The notes under the pieces are model-generated. The model worked only from the letters and a program-made list of their open reading frames with translations. It searched no databases and was not told the origin of the DNA. From assembly GCA_026991575.1 (NCBI GenBank), contig JALXBF010000065.1:1-64000 (forward strand): a stretch of DNA of 64,000 bases, read 5' to 3'. This document shows, piece by piece, positions 18,468-27,687 of this stretch (within the stretch, counting starts at the first letter, position 1; every line of letters starts with the position of its first letter). Origin of the DNA: Planctomycetota bacterium. GTDB lineage: Bacteria; Planctomycetota; Planctomycetia; JALXBF01. The translations under genes were made by a program, and so were the position numbers.

Positions 18468-19364
18468 ATGGCCGGTCAGAGAAACGCGGTCGTGGAGACG
18501 AGTCTCCCTGGGCTAACGCCGCGGCGTGGCAAGGTTCGCGACATCTACGAGCTTGGCGATCGGCTTATCATCGTGGCTACCGATCGGATCAGTGCGTTCG
18601 ACTGGGTGCTGCCGACGCCAATTCCCGATAAAGGACGCGTGCTGACGGGGCTGAGCGTCTTCTGGTTCGAGTACTTGGATGAGCCGAACCATCTGATCAC
18701 CGACAGCGTGAACCAGATGCCACTTCCAGAAGGTGCTGACCGCACGCTGCTGGAAGGCCGCACAATGTTGGTGCACAAGGCGGAGCCCGTGCCGATTGAG
18801 TGCGTCGTGCGCGGGTACCTGGCAGGCAGCGCCTGGCGGGAGTACCGCGAGTCCGGTTCCGTCTGCGGGATCGCTCTCCCGCCCGGCATGCAGGAGGCAC
18901 AGGAGCTGGACGAGCCACTGTTTACGCCCGCGACGAAGGCCACTACCGGGCATGATGAGAACATCTCCTTTGAGGAGATGGTGCGGCGGGTTGGTCAGGA
19001 CACCGCCGACGAACTCCGCGAGCGAAGCATTCAACTCTACCAAAAGGCACGGGCCTACGCCAGGGAGCGTGGCATCATCCTGGCCGACACAAAACTGGAG
19101 TGGGGCTTCCACCAGGGAAGGCTGATCCTGATCGACGAGGTGTTCACGCCAGATAGCTCGCGATTCTGGCCAGCAGATGAATACCAACCGGGGCGAAGCC
19201 AGCCGTCGTTCGACAAGCAATTCGTGCGCGACTGGCTGGCCGCAACGGACTGGGACAAGAACTCCCCACCGCCGCCACTGCCAGACAAAATCGTTGAGCA
19301 GACGCGGCAACGCTACATCGAAGCGTACGAGCGACTGACCGGGCGAACGTTCCCATGGCGCTGA
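18468..19364 (+). CDS. purC: Phosphoribosylaminoimidazole-succinocarboxamide (SAICAR) synthase
   Basis: GKVRDIY, TDRISAFD, ECVVRGYLAGS, ADTKLEWG, DEVFTPDSSRFW, DKQFVRDWL. Confidence 0.97.
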   Translation: MAGQRNAVVETSLPGLTPRRGKVRDIYELGDRLIIVATDRISAFDWVLPTPIPDKGRVLTGLSVFWFEYLDEPNHLITDSVNQMPLPEGADRTLLEGRTMLVHKAEPVPIECVVRGYLAGSAWREYRESGSVCGIALPPGMQEAQELDEPLFTPATKATTGHDENISFEEMVRRVGQDTADELRERSIQLYQKARAYARERGIILADTKLEWGFHQGRLILIDEVFTPDSSRFWPADEYQPGRSQPSFDKQFVRDWLAATDWDKNSPPPPLPDKIVEQTRQRYIEAYERLTGRTFPWR

Positions 19365-19374
19365 GAGCCTCCCC

Positions 19375-20592
19375 ATGCCACCGGCATTGCGCTATCTGAC
19401 TGCAGGCGAATCGCACGGCTCAGGCCTGGTTGCCGTCATTGACGGCTTTCCCGCTGGAGTTCGTGTGGACGTGGAAGCAATCAACCGAGAGCTGCGCCGC
19501 AGGCAAGGGGGCTACGGGAGGGGCGGCCGTCAGAAGCTGGAGCACGACGCGGTGGAAGTCGTCTCTGGGCTCTGGCACGGGGTCACGTTGGGTAGTCCCA
19601 TTGCGCTACTGATCCGGAACAGGGACGCAAAACTGGAACGGCTGCAGGAACTGCCTCGGCCGCGGCCAGGGCACGCCGACCTGAGCGGCGCGCTGAAATA
19701 CGAGGACGGCATTCGACCAATCCTGGAGCGGGCAAGCGCGCGTGAGACAGCGGCACGGGTGGCCGTCGGAGCACTCTGCGCGCAACTGTTGGCCCAGTTC
19801 AATATCCGGTGCTTCGGGTTTGTGGTCGAGCTGGGGGGAATCAGGGCCGAACCCGTTCCCGGGGATCTCGACCGTTGGCGCACCGTGCGTGATGCCAGCC
19901 CGGTCTACAGCCTTAATCCCGAAGCCGACCGACGGATCGTGGCGGCCATCGACGAGGCAGCCAACGCTGGCGATACGCTGGGTGGCATCGTCGAAGTACA
20001 CGTCTACGGACTGCCTTACGGGCTGGGCAGTCACATCCAATGGGACCGCAAGCTCCGCGGCCGCATTGCCCAGGGGTTGCTGAGCATCCAGGCCTTCTGG
20101 GGGGTTGAGTTTGGGCTGGGCTTCGAAGCGGCACGCCGGCGAGGCTCAGAGGTACACGACCCGATCCGCTTCGACCCCGATCTGGTGGAGACCCCAGCAC
20201 TAGGCTTCGTGCGACCGACAAACCACGCGGGTGGGATCGAAGGTGGTATGACCAACGCTCAGCCGCTCATCGTGCGCGCGGCGAAAAAGCCGATCAGTAC
20301 ACTGCGGCGGCCGCTCGAGTCGGTCAACCTCGAGACGCTGCAGCCCATGCGCGCTTCCTACGAACGGAGCGACGTGTGCGCGGTGCCCGCCGCGAGTGTC
20401 ATTGCCGAGAACGTCGTAGCCTTTCACGTGGCAGAGGCTTTCCTGGAGCGGTTTGGATCCGATAGCCTCAGCCAGATCGCCCGCAACTACGAATCCTATC
20501 ACCGAGCCATGAGCACAAGACTGATGGACCGCTGGCGAGCAGGCACGGAGCCGCGCGAGGAAACGATTCAGGAAGAAGGCGATGCAGAGTAA
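19375..20592 (+). CDS. aroC: Chorismate synthase
   Basis: TAGESHG, RRQGGYGRGGR, PRPGHAD, ERASARETAARVA, GDTLGG, ERSDVCAVPAA. Confidence 0.96.
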   Translation: MPPALRYLTAGESHGSGLVAVIDGFPAGVRVDVEAINRELRRRQGGYGRGGRQKLEHDAVEVVSGLWHGVTLGSPIALLIRNRDAKLERLQELPRPRPGHADLSGALKYEDGIRPILERASARETAARVAVGALCAQLLAQFNIRCFGFVVELGGIRAEPVPGDLDRWRTVRDASPVYSLNPEADRRIVAAIDEAANAGDTLGGIVEVHVYGLPYGLGSHIQWDRKLRGRIAQGLLSIQAFWGVEFGLGFEAARRRGSEVHDPIRFDPDLVETPALGFVRPTNHAGGIEGGMTNAQPLIVRAAKKPISTLRRPLESVNLETLQPMRASYERSDVCAVPAASVIAENVVAFHVAEAFLERFGSDSLSQIARNYESYHRAMSTRLMDRWRAGTEPREETIQEEGDAE

Positions 20593-23068
20593 CAACCCGT
20601 CTTCGCCAGGTCCTGCCGCAACTGATCCGAACATCTGGCAAACGGTTGTTTTGTATGGCGCGCTCCTTCTTACGCTCGTTGCCTGGCACTTTCCCATGAC
20701 CGTCGGCGGCAAGATGCCGGCGGGCGGGGACGTCGCCGGCTTCTTCCTGCCCTTGATGCGAAGCTACCAGGACGCCGTGCTATCGGGACGGTCCCTCCTG
20801 TGGAACCACAACTGGGGCTTCGGTTTTCCTCAGGTAGCAGAAAGTCAGACAGGGGCCTACTACCCCATTCGCTGGGCTCTGTACCGCTTCTTGGATCTGG
20901 AGACGGCGTTCGTCGCCGAGCTCTTGCTGCACCTAATGCTGGCTGGGGCAGGCGCTGCGTTACTTGGGCGACGAATGGGTCTAAGCAGGACCGGAGCGTT
21001 TCTCGCGGCCGTGATTTTCGTCGGCAGCGGCTTCTTCGTCAGCCACCTGGCACACCAGTGGGCCTACAGTGCCGCCGCATGGTTGCCGTGGATCCTAGCC
21101 ATTGTCTGCAGAGGAACGGGCTCAGTGGAGGGCCTTAGGAAGCGATGGTCAGGCGGTTCGGTTGCGATCCTGGCGATCGCGGTCGCGCTGCAGCTCCTCG
21201 TGGGACACTATCAAGTAGCATTCTTCACACTAGTGGCGGTAACCACAACGGCGCTGGCCGGGTGCGATGGCCGTCCCAGGCTTCAGGCGTTATCAGTACT
21301 GATGACGGGATGTTTACTGGGGGCGGGGCTGGCGGCGATCCAGTGGGTTCAAACACTAGGCCTGCTGCGCGTTGCTGGCACTGGCGGACGCGGACTCGCA
21401 TACGCCAGCGAATTCGCCGTATCGCCCTTTCACCTTGCCATCAACCTAGTGCTGCCCAGTGCATTCCACGTGATTCCCGCCTGGCGCCCAGTCGTCTGGG
21501 ACCCTTTCCACACATCGCCAGAAGAAGTGCTACCGGCATTCGGCTTTGTTGCACTGGTGCTTGTTCCCCTCGGTCTCTTTTCCGGATCACCCCGGCTGCG
21601 CAGGATCGCCATTTGCCTGGCCGCGGTCGGCTTCTCCGGTGCGGTCTTGCCGTTCGTGCCCGGGGTCAGGCTCCTGCTTGAGCTGCCGGGCATCGGCATG
21701 TTCCGGGCGCCAGCACGATGGTTGCTCATCGCTAGCGTTGGCGTTGGACTCCTTGCCGGGAACGGACTCGATGCCGTGCGCAACACCAGCGGACGAACTT
21801 TGCGGGCACAGGTGATTGCCAGCGTAGCCGCTATCACGTTCTGGTTGGTGCTAGCAACCGCGACGGTTGCTGCCCTGGCCGGAACGTTGGGCAATGGCGT
21901 TGAGCACCGCGCCCGTCTCTTCGTTTACCGCATTGCACAAGTCCTGGGACCTTGGTCACTGCCCGAACCGAATCCCGGCCAGGAAGGGTCGCCCTATCCG
22001 TCAGCAGTTCTCCAACGACTGGCACACGCCAGTCTAGTCAGCGCTGCGACCGCGCGCGCCGCGCAGAGTGCGGTTCGTCCTGAGGTCGTATGGAGCAGCG
22101 AGCTCGCGGGCCCGTGGCTCGCCTGGTCCGCAGTTGCCCTGGTACTCACCGCTACCGCAAAGAGGCCGCGACTGTTCCGGAGCGTGGCTACGGTAGCCGC
22201 TACCGTCGAGCTCGCCGTACTACAACAGCTCGCGCCGGTTGCAATGATTCAACGGCGCAATCTGGCCGAGCAGTCCGTGGTGCTCCAGTGGCTGACGGCC
22301 AAACAGGTGGGGCGTCAGCCGTACCGCGTCGTCGGGCTGCCGGGTAATGTCGCCATGCTAGCCGGCGCTGCGCCAGTGCCGGGCTATCGAACACTTGACA
22401 TACCGGTTCAAGTCCCTGGTCCGTTGACACTCTGGGCTGCACTGTCCGACCCGGCCGTCATGCGCTTACATCAGCGATTAGGGATCCAGGCATACGCGGT
22501 GCCTGTCGCGAGGGATAGCGCTCAAGAAGCGTTGCTAACGGTTCAAAGACACTTCGGGTCGGTTGAGCTGCTCGATGATCCGGTGTTGAGTGAACTCCTA
22601 TATGGGCCGCCACTAGGCCGGTCGCAACGGCAGCTGTTTCTCGTTTGCGATGGACCGTCGGACGCGGCCACTGCATGGTTCTACCCGGGAGCGAGCAGTG
22701 CACACCGTCCCGGTTGGTTTCTGACAGAAGAGGCTAGGCGGGTGACGGTCCGCTCAGATGCGACCGGTTTGGTGGTGGAACTGCTCGTCCGAGCGGAACG
22801 AGCGGGGTTGGTGCTGTGGACGGTGCCGTTCGTGCCGTGCTGGCGCGCCCGCGGTACGGAGGGGGCAGGCGCTCCGCGGGTTCTTCCACTGAGCCGGTCT
22901 GCGGAGGGCTGGATGGTAATCGCTCTGCCAACTGCGGGCAACTGGCGCGTACGATTGGCCTATGTTGACGTGCACCGCACGGTTGGATGGACGATCACGG
23001 TGGCTAGCGTGACGCTTTGGCTAGCCTACGCATGCGCGGCGCTGTACCGCTTGGCCAGGAGCAGCTGA
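20582..23068 (+). CDS. YfhO-like polytopic membrane protein (GT-C fold glycosyltransferase-like)
   Basis: Many TM segments; GDVAGFFLP, LWNHNWGFGFP, YYP, GHYQ, FRAPARW, C-terminal PCWRA...VRLAY. Confidence 0.7.
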   Translation: MQSNNPSSPGPAATDPNIWQTVVLYGALLLTLVAWHFPMTVGGKMPAGGDVAGFFLPLMRSYQDAVLSGRSLLWNHNWGFGFPQVAESQTGAYYPIRWALYRFLDLETAFVAELLLHLMLAGAGAALLGRRMGLSRTGAFLAAVIFVGSGFFVSHLAHQWAYSAAAWLPWILAIVCRGTGSVEGLRKRWSGGSVAILAIAVALQLLVGHYQVAFFTLVAVTTTALAGCDGRPRLQALSVLMTGCLLGAGLAAIQWVQTLGLLRVAGTGGRGLAYASEFAVSPFHLAINLVLPSAFHVIPAWRPVVWDPFHTSPEEVLPAFGFVALVLVPLGLFSGSPRLRRIAICLAAVGFSGAVLPFVPGVRLLLELPGIGMFRAPARWLLIASVGVGLLAGNGLDAVRNTSGRTLRAQVIASVAAITFWLVLATATVAALAGTLGNGVEHRARLFVYRIAQVLGPWSLPEPNPGQEGSPYPSAVLQRLAHASLVSAATARAAQSAVRPEVVWSSELAGPWLAWSAVALVLTATAKRPRLFRSVATVAATVELAVLQQLAPVAMIQRRNLAEQSVVLQWLTAKQVGRQPYRVVGLPGNVAMLAGAAPVPGYRTLDIPVQVPGPLTLWAALSDPAVMRLHQRLGIQAYAVPVARDSAQEALLTVQRHFGSVELLDDPVLSELLYGPPLGRSQRQLFLVCDGPSDAATAWFYPGASSAHRPGWFLTEEARRVTVRSDATGLVVELLVRAERAGLVLWTVPFVPCWRARGTEGAGAPRVLPLSRSAEGWMVIALPTAGNWRVRLAYVDVHRTVGWTITVASVTLWLAYACAALYRLARSS

Positions 23069-23935
23069 ATCGGAGGGGAGTCCAATGCGAGGACACGGGC
23101 GGCGGCAGGTGCTGGGAGCGTCTCAGCGTCACCGATGGTGCGATGGTAGAGGCTACGCTGGCCAGGCTCGGTGTACTGGCAGCCATGAGACGAGCATCGT
23201 TTGATGAACGAAGCAAACCCATTGTGGTAACGGAAGGGAATGCCCAGTGGGAACCTTACAACGTTCCCTGCGGCGCCCACCGTGATGCACGAGAGACTCT
23301 GCGGAGTTCACCTGGGAAAGCGGCCTGAACCTTCAGACGACGATCTGGTGCGACGTCGGCTGTTTCGGAAGACGCCGGTCTCATGGTGACCGGCTTACGG
23401 CTAGTGGCACCCCGGCCGGTGCAATCCTACGACGTGGTAACGGTAGGTCGGAGTGCGACAAGGGTGATGGGCGAGGGCGGAGGAACATGGCCTTGTGCCA
23501 AGTCTGGGCGTTCGTCCGGGGGAGCGTAGCGACTGCTAAGCGTGATCGGGGCGCATGATAGGAAGGCAGACTGCCGCACGGTGTGGTAACTGGTATTCGA
23601 CGTTGTCGTGGAAACCTTGGAACCGGCCTCACTGCGGCTTGGGCTTATCGATAGGGCCTGGTGGCTAGCCCAGCGGCGCGTTTGCCATGGCAAATCGACC
23701 GTAGCCTTCCAACGGCCCCGCGTGGCCCAGCGTCCAGCGCGGAATCTTCTAACGCCGGCCAGTGGCCGGACGAGCCTCCCGGGCAAGAGACTTCAGGAGG
23801 GGGCGCCTTAGGTTGCTATGCTCACCGCCGTCTGGCGGCTGCCCGCCGTGACGCTGGCTGCGCACGTTGGGCCCCGTCGTGGTACGACACCTGGCGGTGG
23901 GGCCGCCGTGGCTATGGCACCCTGGGAAACGGGGG

Positions 23936-23960
23936 GGCGCCCGGGGCTTGCCCGGGCGCC
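23936..23960. terminator. GC-rich hairpin downstream of the sigma54 activator pair (possible terminator)
   Basis: GGCGCCCGGG-GCTTG-CCCGGGCGCC, perfect 10-bp stem 25 nt past the stop at 23986; no good U-tract. Confidence 0.35.
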
Positions 23961-23985
23961 TGCCCACCGAGAGCCGTAGCGAGGG

Positions 23986-25428
23986 TTAATTCGCGGGAAG
24001 GATGTAACGCATGATGACCTGGACAGTTTCTCGGAAGGCACGTTTCAGCTCCGGCAGTCGAATACCCAGGCGCGCAGCCAGGCGATAGATCGTACCGCGT
24101 GAGACTCTGAGCAACCGCGCTGCCTGGGATATGTTGAACTCGGACCGCCAGAGCGCTACGTGCAGCATCCGTTCGAACAACAGGTCGGTTGCCTCCTGCA
24201 AGGTGTGTCTCTTGTCGAGAAGGATGTCTAGAGACGGAGGCAAGTGCTCGGCCAACAGTAGCTCAATCTCTTCCGAGCCGACGACCCGTCCGGCGAATGG
24301 CACGACGGCGGCTCTTGCTAGGGCTGTCACGGTACGAACGTTCTGCGGCCAGCCGCACAGTGCTAGCCTGGCGAGGGCTACTGGTCTGATCTCGGGCGGC
24401 TCCCAGCCATTGGCAGCCAGGTAGAGGGCCACCTGGGTAAGGAACATGCCAATTGCGTCAACGGGGCGGATTCGTAGCGGCGGCAGCTCCAGGTAATGGC
24501 GCGTCAGGCGCGCGTACAGGTCGGCCCGAAACTTCCCTTGCTGGACCAGTTTTCGTAACGGCCTGTTCGACGTCGCGATCACGGTGCAGTCAACGCGGTT
24601 AGTGTCGTTGCTGCCCAGCCGTTCAAAAGTGCGGTCTTGTAGGAATCGGAGCAGTTTGGCCTGGGCCGGCAGTGGTAACGTATCGACTTCGTCAATTAGC
24701 AAGGTTCCTTGGTGCGCAAGCTCGAGTTTCCCGTACTGTGCCCGGGGGCCAGCGTCGGTGAACGCGCCCGGTTCGTAGCCGAACAGTTCCGAGTCGATGA
24801 GACTGGTACCGAGGAGCCGGCCGTTGGTGGAGACCAGGGGCCCTGATCCTAGAGCTGCGTGGATTGCCCGGGCTAGGAAGCTCTTGCCTGCCCCCGTTTC
24901 ACCTTCGATCAAGATGTTTGTTCCAAAGGCAACGCGGCGGGCGAACTGGAGGACCTGCTCGATGAGGGGGCGGTGCCAGGTGACCCAGTTCATCTGCTCT
25001 CCGGGAAGAACGAGGACTTGCGGTGTTTCGTCTGGCAGCAGAAGTCTCTCTGCAATGGTGCGTCCTTCGGGGTTCGCAATTCTGCGAGTGGGGCTGGACC
25101 CAACAGGGCGAAGGGCCAAGACGCTTCCTCGGTGGAGGGCTTGCCCGGGCGGCAGTAGGCTCGTCCATGCGATTAGATCGGCAAGTTGGCGGCTCGTGCA
25201 CGTTCGTTCCTGTGTCCTGCGAATGAGCACCACATCCGCAGTGGAATCAGTCGGCGGAACGAACTGGATTCGGTTGGCCTTCATCACGCATAGGCCACGC
25301 AATTGGACCTGCTGTGCCTCGGGCCAGCCTACCAGAGCGACACGCACGCCGGGCAGAACCGTTCCTGAGGGAGGCAAACCGAAGTCGACGTAGTTCCGTT
25401 GCGCTGTATTCTGTCGTTTGCTGCTCAT
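23986..25428 (-). CDS. Sigma54-interacting AAA+ transcriptional regulator (bEBP) with Fis-type HTH and unrecognised N-terminal region
   Basis: GETGAGKS, SELFGYEPGAFTDA, GTLLIDEVD, FRADLYARL, WPQNVR, NISQAARLLRVSRGTIYR. Confidence 0.85.
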   Translation of the reverse strand: MSSKRQNTAQRNYVDFGLPPSGTVLPGVRVALVGWPEAQQVQLRGLCVMKANRIQFVPPTDSTADVVLIRRTQERTCTSRQLADLIAWTSLLPPGQALHRGSVLALRPVGSSPTRRIANPEGRTIAERLLLPDETPQVLVLPGEQMNWVTWHRPLIEQVLQFARRVAFGTNILIEGETGAGKSFLARAIHAALGSGPLVSTNGRLLGTSLIDSELFGYEPGAFTDAGPRAQYGKLELAHQGTLLIDEVDTLPLPAQAKLLRFLQDRTFERLGSNDTNRVDCTVIATSNRPLRKLVQQGKFRADLYARLTRHYLELPPLRIRPVDAIGMFLTQVALYLAANGWEPPEIRPVALARLALCGWPQNVRTVTALARAAVVPFAGRVVGSEEIELLLAEHLPPSLDILLDKRHTLQEATDLLFERMLHVALWRSEFNISQAARLLRVSRGTIYRLAARLGIRLPELKRAFRETVQVIMRYILPAN

Positions 25429-25524
25429 GACCTGTTCCCTTCTCTGCTCTTCAGATGATCGCACAGTTGAACTACCATCACTGATGCTGTCACGGGCGCC
25501 GTCACTGATACGCGCGCACTACGG

Positions 25525-27000
25525 TCAGCCGTCGTCATCATCGCGCGAAAACTTCGAGGGATTAATCCCTGCCTTCGCCAGCGTACGGAGTGCGTGGGTG
25601 CGCCATACGCCCTCTCGGCGAGCTGCCTCGGAGACGTTGCCCCTGGTTTCCCGAAGGGCCCGCAGCAGACGGATCAGATCGAGCAGGTACCTGGCCCTCG
25701 GGAAGTCCTCTCCTCGGCTGATCAGCTCAAGCAGCTCCTTGAGGTAGTCTTCCTCAATGCCGGGCGTTGACGGAGGACGGGCACGGAGCTGCAGGGCTGC
25801 CTCGATGTGGTCCGCTCCGATGGAGTCCCCTTCGGCCATGGCGATGGCATCCTCGATGGTGTACTCGAGCTCCAGGATGTTAAATGGCCATCGTTCCTGC
25901 TTGAGCCTCTCGAGCGCCTCCGGGGTTAGCCGGGGCCGGTTCCTGTGGTCCTGCCTATTGCTCGCACCGTCCTGCTCAGCGTCTGGTCCGCTGGCCGATC
26001 GTTGCGATGCAGTCGCTTTACAAGTGGATTCTGCCGCTTTCTTGGTTTCGCGGGCCGTCTTTCCGGACTCCGGTGGTTGAACGGGCACCCGACAGGCTTG
26101 CACGATCCACGGGATATCATCGAGCCGCTCACGCAGCGGGGGGACATCGAGCCGGAGCTGGGAGATCCGCGCGTAAAAGTCACGGCGGAGTTTTCCTTGA
26201 GCGATGGCGGCTTCCGGATCGCCGGTATACGTGCAGATCACGGTGCAAGGGACGCGCACCGACGTGCGGTGGCCAACGGGCCGAACGACACGGTCGTCGA
26301 GGAACGACAGCAAGGCTGCTTGTGCCTCGAGCGAGAACGCGTCCACGTGTTCGAAGAGCACGGTACCGCCCTGAGCTAGCGTTAACAGGCCGATCCGCTC
26401 GTTGTAGGCCCCGGTGAATGCCCCCTTTGCATGGCCGAAGAGGGATGAGGCCATCAACGAAGACTCCACAATCTCCGGGCCAATTCGTATGAGCGGCGCG
26501 TCGGGGCCGTTGAGCATGAGATGGATGTAGTGGGCGAGCGACGTCTTGCCGGATCCGACCTCACCCCGGATCAGAATGTTCTGGCCCCGGCCAGCGTACT
26601 GAGCCACGCGGTGGATGAGGCGAACCGTTGCCTTACTCGATGCCCTCCATTCCTTTTCCCCCGTCCGTAGGACCCAGCCACGATCGAAGGGTTCGAGGCG
26701 CCACTTGCCCGCACGTCGCGGAATCAGGTATCGCTGCGCGGCCGCCTTGTCGGCCGTCTTGAAGACAACGAAGTCCTCGGCGGCAACGATGCCGCCGGGG
26801 GGCTCTGAGCATGTTTTGAGGACTACCTCCTCCAGTTCGCTCAGGTCAATCGCGTTCGGATCGGAGATCCAACAGACAAGATTGCCCTCGTGGAACGGCC
26901 GAGTGCCCGTCGGGTCAATGCGACGATACTGGACTCGGTGATCTGCGAGATATGGAAACTCGGCCGAAGCAACAAGGATCACGATGGTTGCTTCAGCCAT
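25525..27000 (-). CDS. Sigma54-interacting AAA+ regulator with degenerate Walker B and sensor II; Fis-type HTH
   Basis: GEVGSGKT, LFGHAKGAFTGA, GGTVLFEHVD, RRDFYARI, VPPLRERLDDIP, WPFNILEL, GNVSEAARREG; SD AAAGGAG before the ATG. Confidence 0.85.
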   Translation of the reverse strand: MAEATIVILVASAEFPYLADHRVQYRRIDPTGTRPFHEGNLVCWISDPNAIDLSELEEVVLKTCSEPPGGIVAAEDFVVFKTADKAAAQRYLIPRRAGKWRLEPFDRGWVLRTGEKEWRASSKATVRLIHRVAQYAGRGQNILIRGEVGSGKTSLAHYIHLMLNGPDAPLIRIGPEIVESSLMASSLFGHAKGAFTGAYNERIGLLTLAQGGTVLFEHVDAFSLEAQAALLSFLDDRVVRPVGHRTSVRVPCTVICTYTGDPEAAIAQGKLRRDFYARISQLRLDVPPLRERLDDIPWIVQACRVPVQPPESGKTARETKKAAESTCKATASQRSASGPDAEQDGASNRQDHRNRPRLTPEALERLKQERWPFNILELEYTIEDAIAMAEGDSIGADHIEAALQLRARPPSTPGIEEDYLKELLELISRGEDFPRARYLLDLIRLLRALRETRGNVSEAARREGVWRTHALRTLAKAGINPSKFSRDDDDG

Positions 27001-27687
27001 GGCTCAACTCCTTTCTGCTTGGAACCCAACTCGGAATCCAAACCCGAGCGCCTCACCGGAGGCGCCCACAAAGAGCCGACGAACGATAACAACACGCCAT
27101 GCCAACAAAGGAGCGCTAACCCTAAACCCTGCGTCTTCGACGAGTGTGACGGGGATCGTGGCCGAACTGCTCGCTGAAAGGGAGCTGCTCCTCCGCGGTC
27201 CCCAGACCGCTCGCAGAAAGGACGCAGGAGAAGTCAGCGACGCACGACCGGGTTACCATCGACGCCTCTTGTCGGTTCGTTGCACCTCCACCCCGGTGGG
27301 GACAATGTCAAGCCGTTCACAACACAACCGTCAACTCTTGCACCGGACCGCGCGATCCGCAAATACTAATAACCACTCGCGAGGGACCCTGTCAAGTCCC
27401 CTGTGGCAAAAATGTTACCACATCTCAACGGGCAAGGGAAGGACCCTGTCGAGGGGTGCGAGAAATGGGGAGTGGCGGGACAGCCACGCCGGGAACAGGG
27501 CTCGGACCGTGCCGCCGAGGAAGCAAACGGGCCAGTCCCTGGCGGTGGGAGGCGGTGGAGGGATGCCGGGGTAGAATCGGCTAAGAACGGAGGGCAGGGT
27601 AAGGAAAGACGCCCGTCGGGTAGCGATGAGTGGCTGTACAATGTGGTGAGTGTCGGTTAAATGAGCAGAATAGGAGGTAAGCGTAAA

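Noticed and set aside
23085..23204. 39-codon ORF with a GGAGG-like SD after the YfhO-like gene
   Set aside because: No recognisable features or supporting evidence; a G-rich SD-like word can arise by chance
23230..23380. Cobalamin-riboswitch-like words (AGGGAA, GGGAAAG, GAAGAC)
   Set aside because: Core B12-box elements could not be assembled and there is no downstream gene on that strand
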